This document shows, in pieces, positions 56,456-64,000 of a DNA stretch of 64,000 nucleotides (positions are counted from its first letter, which is position 1; every line of letters starts with the position of its first letter). The stretch comes from Candidatus Micrarchaeota archaeon (GTDB lineage: Archaea; Micrarchaeota; Micrarchaeia; Anstonellales; Bilamarchaeaceae), in NCBI GenBank assembly GCA_018812625.1, contig JAHJDH010000033.1, positions 3,622 to 67,621 on the forward strand, in the 5' to 3' direction. A model generated the notes under the pieces. It did not search any database, was not told where the DNA came from, and saw only the letters and a program-made list of their open reading frames with translations. A program made the position numbers and the translations under genes.

Positions 56456-58090
56456 ATGGATGATCTATCTCACTACTCAAAAGAAGTTGCCAAGGGCAGC
56501 CTTTGGAGTATGGCTGGAAGTGTTGTTTTCTACACATCTTCATTCTTTTATGTCATTTTGATAGCTCATGCACTGTCCCAAAATGATATTGGTCTTTTCT
56601 TTCTTGCACTAAGTATTGTTTCGCTTGGAGCAACATTCGATAATTTTGGCCTGGGCACTGCACTCTCTCGTTATGTGCCTTATTTTGAAGGGAAAGACGA
56701 GAAAGGAAAAATCAAGCCTCTTCTGAAACTAAGCTATTTGGTAGTTACCTTATCATCCATTGTTCTCCTGGTCATCTTCTGGTTTCTTGCAGATTTCATT
56801 GCATCAATTTATTCAAATCCAGCACTTGCAGGAACGATCCAGACACTTTCCATATTCTTTCTCTTTAGCAATATTTTCAATATTAATATCTCTTATTTGC
56901 GCGGAAGAACCAACATTCGTGCCATGCAATATTCAGCCAATCTTCAAAATCTTTCAAAGCTTATCCTAACTGCGTTTCTCTTCTATTTCTATGAAGCATC
57001 TCTTCTCACTCTTATTGCTGGTTTCCTTTCATCTTATGTAGTGAGCATCATCCTCTCATCCTTTTTTGTAATCAAAGATACATTTACTCTTCCAAAGAAT
57101 GAAACTCATTTTTCCGTTTCCAATTTTATATCAGAAATTGTTCCATTTGGTCTGATGCTGAGTTTAATTCATTCTGTCGGAACAATCTTTTCTTCTGCTA
57201 ATCGTATGCTCCTTGGATATATGGTAGATCCAATAGAATCTACTCAGGTAATTGCAATATATGCTGTGGCATTCACACTTGCGAATGTTCTGATGGCACT
57301 GCCTAAATCAATAGGGGATATTTTCCTTCCACTAATATCCCGTTTGTACGGTAAAAAGGAACTTGGTAAGATTTGTTCAATTACAACTACTGCTCAGCGA
57401 TGGTCTCTTTTCCTGACTATTCCATTCGGTATAATCATGATATTGTTCTCAGGAGACATACTTTCCTTGATGTATGGAGAGTCATATCGAAGCGGAGAAT
57501 TAGTTATGTCCATTCTCACTCTTGGAATACTTTTGAGTGTCGTCTCCTATGTGTTCTCTCTTTCCCTGGCAGCGATGAAGCTTGTAAAAATTCAGCTTTT
57601 AATTGCAGTTGTCTCAGGTGCTATAAATCTTACTTCAAGTGCCATACTCATCATGATGTTTGGCATGGTTGGCTCAGCAATTGGTTCGTTTATTGGTTTT
57701 ATCATAAGTATCCTTTTGCTAAGTTATTATGCAAAGAAATACTTCAACTTCAAATTCTCTTCAAAAGTACTCAAATTGGCTGTTTCGGGAGTTTTGGTCA
57801 TGGTCATCATGCTCCTAATCCGTCCCTATTTGCTCTCATTCTTTGGCATTTTTCCAGAAACTGAGGCAATGGGAGTTGGTCTTTATATTTCAAAAATAAT
57901 CCTGATGGGCTATATGGCTGTTTTGGCAAGCATCTCAATGTTCTTCTTTTTGATTTTTGCTCTTATTCTGAAATGCGTTTCACAAGAAGACGTTTCTCTT
58001 TTAGGACAAGCAATGATGAAAGCAAGGGTGCCAAAACCACTTATCAAATTCACAAAAGATCTTGCATCCTATGGCGTCGGGGCGGACTAA
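56456..58090 (+). CDS. Wzx/MOP-family flippase
   Basis: About 14 TM segments; FGLGTALSRYV, AIYAVA, FLPLISRLY, FGMVGSA. Confidence 0.88.
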   Translation: MDDLSHYSKEVAKGSLWSMAGSVVFYTSSFFYVILIAHALSQNDIGLFFLALSIVSLGATFDNFGLGTALSRYVPYFEGKDEKGKIKPLLKLSYLVVTLSSIVLLVIFWFLADFIASIYSNPALAGTIQTLSIFFLFSNIFNINISYLRGRTNIRAMQYSANLQNLSKLILTAFLFYFYEASLLTLIAGFLSSYVVSIILSSFFVIKDTFTLPKNETHFSVSNFISEIVPFGLMLSLIHSVGTIFSSANRMLLGYMVDPIESTQVIAIYAVAFTLANVLMALPKSIGDIFLPLISRLYGKKELGKICSITTTAQRWSLFLTIPFGIIMILFSGDILSLMYGESYRSGELVMSILTLGILLSVVSYVFSLSLAAMKLVKIQLLIAVVSGAINLTSSAILIMMFGMVGSAIGSFIGFIISILLLSYYAKKYFNFKFSSKVLKLAVSGVLVMVIMLLIRPYLLSFFGIFPETEAMGVGLYISKIILMGYMAVLASISMFFFLIFALILKCVSQEDVSLLGQAMMKARVPKPLIKFTKDLASYGVGAD

Positions 58091-59349
58091 TCAATTCCAT
58101 ATCCTAATGTTTTTATGTTTCTACTTGAGATTATTCCAATGACAACCAGAAACAATGATGAAACTACAACTGATGGAACCAGAATCAGCATGATTAACAT
58201 TCCAAAAATTATGCCAATTTTTCCTCTGTCCTTGTATAGCTCATAAGTTTTTTCATCGCCCTGAAGATATGCGCTTTTTGCCATTAACATAATTGGCAAA
58301 TGAATCCTTTCATATCTCTTGACAAAGACTACTGTTTTCCCAAAATATTTTTTGAAGTCCTGGAAAAATAATAATGATTTCATGGGCCATCTTATTAGTC
58401 TTGGAAAACCTGCAAAAATTGAACCGTAGCGCAATTTGCTTGGATCTGAGGATTTATCGACAACTACATCCAAGCTTTTTTTCTTGTACTCTACTACTAT
58501 AACATCATCAGCAGCTGGGATTTTTTTATTGCCAAATTCCATCAGCGATCCATTTATCATTGCACTTACGATTCCCTTTGCACGTTCATTCTTCCTAAAT
58601 ATTAAGAAGGAAGTAGCGCCAGTCAGATGAAAAAAACAAAACAAAAATGCTCTTGCATAATTTCCAAGAAGCAGCCATGCTTCAAAACCACCGCGTGAAT
58701 ACAGATATCTTTTTTGTGTATTGTCTGTCAAGGGCATTTCCAATAGTTCATGGTATGTTGTTGCTTCAGTGTGCTCAACATTAATCCCCATCTTCTTTAT
58801 CCTTTCAATCATCTCTACATCGTCCCCTCCGAAAAAAAGAGGGTAGAATGGCAAGCCTGATTTTCTCAATATTTTTTGTGGGATGCAAGAATAATGGAAT
58901 ACATATTCATGTTGAATTTTTTCCTTGTCACGTCTCCATTTAGGTATGGCAATAGTATTTTCTTTTTGTACTCTGCGAACGAGTTCCTCAACAAGTGTTT
59001 CTGAAACAGGAAAACAATCATCGTCTGCAGAAATGATATTCTCATAGCCTTCATCAAGTGCAGTTTTCTGTCCAATGTAAAAAGCTCCTGCACACCCATT
59101 TCTCCCCTTTTCTTTTATGTGCAAAATATCCTCTGGAGCCCCGTCCAAAAAATTGTCATTTTCACCATAAACAATGATTATGTCGAAATCTTTGAATGAT
59201 TGTTTTTCAAGAAGATCAAGATGTTTTTTCAAAACTTCTGGATTCTGATAAGTAGCAATGACTATGGCTGTTTTTGCATGATTCCCCTTTCTCCTGTCAA
59301 TTTTTTTCGAGATGATGCTCTCCAGTTTTGGGGCTGATAAATCTTTCAT
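58087..59349 (-). CDS. GT2 glycosyltransferase
   Basis: AIVIATY, NGCAGAF..G, ADDD, FFGGDDVE; C-terminal TM. Confidence 0.82.
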   Translation of the reverse strand: MKDLSAPKLESIISKKIDRRKGNHAKTAIVIATYQNPEVLKKHLDLLEKQSFKDFDIIIVYGENDNFLDGAPEDILHIKEKGRNGCAGAFYIGQKTALDEGYENIISADDDCFPVSETLVEELVRRVQKENTIAIPKWRRDKEKIQHEYVFHYSCIPQKILRKSGLPFYPLFFGGDDVEMIERIKKMGINVEHTEATTYHELLEMPLTDNTQKRYLYSRGGFEAWLLLGNYARAFLFCFFHLTGATSFLIFRKNERAKGIVSAMINGSLMEFGNKKIPAADDVIVVEYKKKSLDVVVDKSSDPSKLRYGSIFAGFPRLIRWPMKSLLFFQDFKKYFGKTVVFVKRYERIHLPIMLMAKSAYLQGDEKTYELYKDRGKIGIIFGMLIMLILVPSVVVSSLFLVVIGIISSRNIKTLGYGID

Positions 59350-59664
59350 TTATTCCCTCTTTTGAATCAGTTCAATAAATAAACTTGCTATTCCAGCGAG
59401 CATGATCCAGTATGTTGCTATTGCAAATTCTTTGTTGTCTGTTATTACTGCAATTAAAAAAATCATAATTCCGATCCAAACTGGCTTTTTTCCATCCAGA
59501 TTTCTTTTATAAAAAATGAAAACAAGAACTGCAGATATGATGGCACTTATAATTTCGCTTTGAAACAAATTGATCATGAACCAGGCAATAGCTGGCCAGA
59601 TGTACTGTTCGTTTTTGTAAATCAAATCACGTATCTTTTTCTCTTCTATGATCATTTGTCCCAT
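59350..59664 (-). CDS. Small multi-TM membrane protein
   Basis: Four hydrophobic segments; overlaps the end of the upstream gene. Confidence 0.6.
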   Translation of the reverse strand: MGQMIIEEKKIRDLIYKNEQYIWPAIAWFMINLFQSEIISAIISAVLVFIFYKRNLDGKKPVWIGIMIFLIAVITDNKEFAIATYWIMLAGIASLFIELIQKRE

Positions 59665-62027
59665 CTCTTCAGAACATAAATACTGCCAAGTATGACTGTC
59701 AGGATACTTATGCCCATTCCCATCTCAAATGAATCCTGGGAAGCGTATCTCATAGTGATCTCAAGCTCTCCAGTCTCATCTATCCAGTACCCATTCATCT
59801 GTCCGTATAATTTAATCGGCTTTATCACTTTGCCATTCATTCTAAGCTCCCAAAACTTTGAATATTTTTCCGCAAATCCAAGAAGGAATGGCTTTGACGA
59901 ATCAATTTTTACTGTCCAAAGTGTTGGGTTTATTCTTTCATACTCAATTATCCTGGCAATGCCAGTATTGTTTTGGAACTCTGGTTTTTCAGATAGGCTG
60001 ACAAAATCCAAAACAGAATGGTTTCCAATACTGATACTGAGGTTGTATTCTCCTTTTTCTAGCTGTATCTCTCCTCCATCAATATTTGCTAGGGATTCCG
60101 ATTCAAGATTCATGCTCCTATTAGATATGTCAACTTCGAAAGAACCCTTTCCATGTACCACAAGCTCATATGTGCCATTTCGCTCTATCTGAACTGTTCT
60201 TGAGATTATTATTGTTCTATTTGAACTCTCAATATAACTAGTATTTTTTCTATGTTTATTGTAATTAAAATCATATTCTGCTTCGAATAGGAAAATGGAA
60301 TATTGACTATCATTAGCTGATTTTGTTTTATCGCTAACTATGAATTTTGTGTGATTTTCTTCACTGGAAGTTATTGCAAAATTCTCTGGTTGGATCTTTA
60401 CAGCAGAATATATCTCTTCATCTGCTGCAAGGACAGTTCCTTCGTAAACTGAAAATGGCATTGTTTCTTTTCCGTCAGTACAAATTACAATGTCCTTATC
60501 AGCTTTACAATCCCAACCTTCATTCTTTGCATCATTGCCGAATCTTAAAATCTGATGAATATTCAATACATCGAGCAATTCATGCGGAGCATCTCTAAGC
60601 TCTTTAATGCTACCATATGTAGAGACCGTTCCTTCAAAATTTGGACGTGTTATCTGTTTTTTCTGGCCAAAAATATCTATTACAGGTACTTCTAAGTCTC
60701 CTCCCAGATAAAATACTACCTTGTTCTCTTTTGGTATCTCATCTATCATTTTCCAGTTTTCATCCAGATATGCTGCTGCATAATTTTCTCTAAGATATAC
60801 TGTACCAGGAGACAAAAGGATATTTACAAGCAGCATTACTAAGAATCCTCCAATCAAGATCTGTTTTTTTGGTCTTTGGATTTTGTTTAATCCGATTGTA
60901 ATTATAACTATCAAAAATGCCGGTATGATGATACTTATCCTTGCCCATTCTCTCATGGGTCCAAGAAGTTGTGCTAACCCAATCCCAGCAATAATATCAA
61001 TCATATATGATAAAATTTCATTATGGTGGCCTCTAGCTAGAAAAATCACGGCAAAAATCCCCATCATGAAAATCACCGATAATTGTTTCTCCTTACTGCC
61101 TAACTTTTGGTATGAAAGAACGAAAATTATGAAGCTGATTGCAAACAATCCAAATCCAGAATATCTAAATAATATATTTCTAAAAATCAAATAATCCGGT
61201 ACCTGCGGCCACCAATTATTTGAAAAAGCAAATAAATTCAGTATCTCTCCATGTTTTGATAGATATTCAAAACTGTCTTTTGTTACTGTTCTTGGGTATC
61301 CCAATTCCAGATCCTTAGCCAGTAAAAATGAGGGGGCATTTAGAAGTACAAAAATTACAAGAGGCACAAAAAAGAATTTTATTGTCTCTTTTTTATCTCT
61401 AAAATATGCATAGATGGTAATGCCAACGTGGAATACTAACATGTACAAAAACGAGTGCGGTAAAAATCCGAACACTCCAAATAACAAACAATACCCAAAC
61501 AGATGAACCATCTTCCTATTAGTCAGATACTGAAGGCCCAATTGGATAAACATAGGAAAAATTGCATATGTGTACCATATCCATATGTGGCTAATTCGCT
61601 CTACTGACCAGAGATTAAGGAAATAAAAAGGTATTAGCAAAATGATCATTATTGCAGACTGTCTATCATTTTTTTCAAAATGTCTTACTAATCGATATAT
61701 CCCAACACTTCCTATTATCATTGAAATCAGGATAAGTGCGCTTGTAAACTGCGCGTCTGAAAATTCAATAAATTCCGAGAGGATGCTCCACCCTCCAAGC
61801 AGCACAAATCTGTTTGTTGTCTGCCTTGTTCCCCCACCAAAAAAAGAGTATATGCTTATGTCCTTTCTTATCTCTCCTGATCCAGAGCCAACAATGGTGT
61901 TGATATCTCCATAAATGATCAAAAGTTCTGAATCCATTATCGGTGCTAGAACTGGATAAAAGTTGTAAATTACAAACATAAGTCCAAGAAAAAAAGCTAT
62001 GTAGCTAGCTTTATTCGAAAGTTGCAC
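59652..62027 (-). CDS. Large polytopic membrane protein, GT-C-like (AftD/YfhO-type architecture)
   Basis: About 12 TM plus extracellular domain ending YERINPT.W.V..PFLLGFAEKYS..W..MNGYWI and final TM. Confidence 0.65.
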   Translation of the reverse strand: MQLSNKASYIAFFLGLMFVIYNFYPVLAPIMDSELLIIYGDINTIVGSGSGEIRKDISIYSFFGGGTRQTTNRFVLLGGWSILSEFIEFSDAQFTSALILISMIIGSVGIYRLVRHFEKNDRQSAIMIILLIPFYFLNLWSVERISHIWIWYTYAIFPMFIQLGLQYLTNRKMVHLFGYCLLFGVFGFLPHSFLYMLVFHVGITIYAYFRDKKETIKFFFVPLVIFVLLNAPSFLLAKDLELGYPRTVTKDSFEYLSKHGEILNLFAFSNNWWPQVPDYLIFRNILFRYSGFGLFAISFIIFVLSYQKLGSKEKQLSVIFMMGIFAVIFLARGHHNEILSYMIDIIAGIGLAQLLGPMREWARISIIIPAFLIVIITIGLNKIQRPKKQILIGGFLVMLLVNILLSPGTVYLRENYAAAYLDENWKMIDEIPKENKVVFYLGGDLEVPVIDIFGQKKQITRPNFEGTVSTYGSIKELRDAPHELLDVLNIHQILRFGNDAKNEGWDCKADKDIVICTDGKETMPFSVYEGTVLAADEEIYSAVKIQPENFAITSSEENHTKFIVSDKTKSANDSQYSIFLFEAEYDFNYNKHRKNTSYIESSNRTIIISRTVQIERNGTYELVVHGKGSFEVDISNRSMNLESESLANIDGGEIQLEKGEYNLSISIGNHSVLDFVSLSEKPEFQNNTGIARIIEYERINPTLWTVKIDSSKPFLLGFAEKYSKFWELRMNGKVIKPIKLYGQMNGYWIDETGELEITMRYASQDSFEMGMGISILTVILGSIYVLKRWDK

Positions 62028-62081
62028 ATCAGACTTCTTACAAATTCTTTTTTTTAAGCTTTAGTTATATATCAGTGTCAC

Positions 62082-63164
62082 ATGAAAATTGCTTTTTTTA
62101 ACTGGCGCGACATCAAAAATCCTTTTGCAGGCGGAGCAGAGGTTTATGTTCATCAGGTTATGAAGCATTTAACAGCACTTGGCCATGACGTTACTTTATT
62201 TACTTCCACTTTTCCAGGATCACCGGAGAAAGAAATTATTGATGGAGTTGTGCACGTTCGTTATGCAGGCAAATATCAGATTTTTTCCAATTCTTACTTT
62301 TGCTATAACAAATATATCAAAGGAAAATTTGATCTGATTGTTGAAAGCATAAATGCAATGCCTTTTTTCACTCCATTATTTGCTAAGGAGAAAGTAATTC
62401 CATTTATCCACCAGCTGACCAGGGAAAATTGGTATTCTGGAATCTGCTTTCCGATTGCTTTTTTTGGGTATCATTCAGAAGATCATCTTCTTCGTTTATA
62501 CAAAAAACTTCCAACAGTTGTTCCATCTGAATCTACCAGGGATGATCTTCGTTCGCTCGGGTTTCAAAATATTTCAGTAATTAAAGGGGCTGCAGATGTG
62601 CTGCCACATAAAGATTCCAAAGAAACCAATCCAACTCTTCTTTACCTTGGAAGACTTACATCATCCAAGCAAGTGGATCACGTTCTTCAAACATTCCGCA
62701 ATGTTCTAAATGATATCCCAAATGCAAAATTATGGATTGCCGGAAGAGGTCCAGAAGAATCCAAACTCAAGAAACTGGCAATTGATCTCAAAATTAATGA
62801 TTCTGTTAAATTTTTTGGATATGTCGATACGAAAAAAAAACCAGAACTTCTATCAAGAGCCCATATCATGCTTTTTCCTGCTGTTCGTGAAGGGTGGGGA
62901 CTTGTTGTTCTTGAAGCAAATGCATGCGGCACCCCGGTGATAGGTTATAATACATATGGGTTGAGAGATAGTATTATTGATGGAGTTAATGGTTTTCTGG
63001 TTGACAATGTCAAGTCCATGTCTGCCAAAGCAATTGAACTGCTCTCTGATACTAATAAAATAAATTCATTGTGCGAAAGTTCTTTGGAACACTCCAAAAA
63101 ATTTAATTGGGAAAAAACAACAGATGAATTTCGTTCTTTATTTGAAAGAGTGATTGCGAAGTGA
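62082..63164 (+). CDS. GT4 glycosyltransferase
   Basis: NWRDIKNPFAGGAE, YLGRL..K, EGWGLVVLEANACGTPVI, DGVNGFLV. Confidence 0.92.
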   Translation: MKIAFFNWRDIKNPFAGGAEVYVHQVMKHLTALGHDVTLFTSTFPGSPEKEIIDGVVHVRYAGKYQIFSNSYFCYNKYIKGKFDLIVESINAMPFFTPLFAKEKVIPFIHQLTRENWYSGICFPIAFFGYHSEDHLLRLYKKLPTVVPSESTRDDLRSLGFQNISVIKGAADVLPHKDSKETNPTLLYLGRLTSSKQVDHVLQTFRNVLNDIPNAKLWIAGRGPEESKLKKLAIDLKINDSVKFFGYVDTKKKPELLSRAHIMLFPAVREGWGLVVLEANACGTPVIGYNTYGLRDSIIDGVNGFLVDNVKSMSAKAIELLSDTNKINSLCESSLEHSKKFNWEKTTDEFRSLFERVIAK

Positions 63165-64000
63165 TTTTTTTGATAAAAAAGATTATAACATTGTCAATAT
63201 ATCTCATACTTTCTCTTCTGATAATATTCCCGATTCTGGGTCCGGGGTATTATCTTACTCTTGATATGCAATGGGGTCCTGAAACCTTTTCTCCTGATCA
63301 TTTTGGTAGCTTGTATGGCGAAGTATCCAACCCATATGGTGCATATCTCCCGTTTGAACTTGTTTTTGCAGCACTTGCTCAATTCGTCTCAGTTGAAGTT
63401 GTTCAAAAGCTATTGCTGTTATTTATCCTTTTTTTCTCTGGAGTTTCTGCTCACTATTCTTTGCCCTCGAAACTCGGAAACAATAGGTTTGTTGCTGGAT
63501 TTTTCTATTTATTGAATTCTTTTGTATTTGTCAGATTTCTTGCAGGGCATTGGAGTGTTCTATTATCATATGCATTTTGGCCATTTGCAATAAAGTACTT
63601 CTATGAATTTCTGGAAAAGCCTGGCGATAGATCTTCATTGGTAAAATGCGCACTTCTAACTTTCATTGCTTCAGTAAGCAGCCATGCACTTGCAATTCTT
63701 CTACTTGCATATGCCATTCTTTTCATTTTATACTATGTCATGAAAACAAAAGAACCTCAATTACTAATCAAAAGAACTGCGGCTCTTGGATTGATTATAG
63801 TTACACTAAACCTTTTCTGGATACTCCCAACCATCTTAACTTTTGATGAAACCTATTCTCTAACCAGCTCATCCTCTGATTATCTTGAAGATTTTGGCGC
63901 CCGTGCTAATGACATGTCTCTTGAACAATCTGTATTTTCGTTACATGGCTTTTGGAGAGGTGGATTTAGGCTTACAAAAGATTTTTTCGACCTTTGGTAT
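63161..64000 (+). CDS. Polytopic GT-C-like membrane protein, runs off window end (not in ORF track)
   Basis: GTG overlapping GT4 stop; PGYYLTLDM..VQKLLL..FYLLNSFVFVRFLAGHWSVLLSYAFWP..LNLFWILP, similar to N-half of 59652-62027. Confidence 0.7.
   Translation, partial: MIFLIKKIITLSIYLILSLLIIFPILGPGYYLTLDMQWGPETFSPDHFGSLYGEVSNPYGAYLPFELVFAALAQFVSVEVVQKLLLLFILFFSGVSAHYSLPSKLGNNRFVAGFFYLLNSFVFVRFLAGHWSVLLSYAFWPFAIKYFYEFLEKPGDRSSLVKCALLTFIASVSSHALAILLLAYAILFILYYVMKTKEPQLLIKRTAALGLIIVTLNLFWILPTILTFDETYSLTSSSSDYLEDFGARANDMSLEQSVFSLHGFWRGGFRLTKDFFDLWY

Noticed and set aside
384..63846. Numerous short antisense or alternate-frame ORFs in the track (e.g. 2816-3097, 23269-23862, 30674-31369, 57373-57864)
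   Set aside because: They lie within well-supported genes and show no recognisable motifs.

Overview
Archaeal genomic DNA, with GGTGA Shine-Dalgarno motifs, archaeal-type r-proteins, aEF-2, BHB tRNA introns and no encoded CCA; a DPANN lineage such as Micrarchaeota is likely but inferred. 1-16.8 kb holds the S10/spc ribosomal superoperon (rpl23 to rpl15, secY), then mtaB, adk and serS. A DegT-family sugar aminotransferase sits antisense between sui1 and rnp1. 17-29 kb holds a split str operon: rps12-rps7 is separated from fusA by about 6 kb encoding a duplicated 2-hydroxyacid dehydrogenase, a PLP-aminotransferase-receiver fusion, a candidate structured RNA and a lipoprotein. 29-33.7 kb holds a GNAT, a CapK/PaaK-like ligase, a Dps-like ferritin, tRNA-Leu and mre11. 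33.8-47.5 kb begins with tRNA-Ile(GAT), whose two BHB introns share a covarying palindromic core. A ~13.6 kb island is integrated at its 3' end (23-bp direct repeat, tyrosine integrase). The island carries an McrBC-like pair, a REase-like/DGQHR protein, an adenine MTase, a MORC/GHKL ATPase, an EVE-NucS nuclease, a structured non-coding region and a four-helix-bundle protein. A probable older island remnant with a HEPN-motif protein follows. 49-64 kb is a surface-glycan cluster with GT2/GT4 enzymes, a flippase, a pyruvyl transferase, GT-C-like membrane proteins and three tandem CapK/PaaK-like ligases. All calls are from motif reading; no database search was run.
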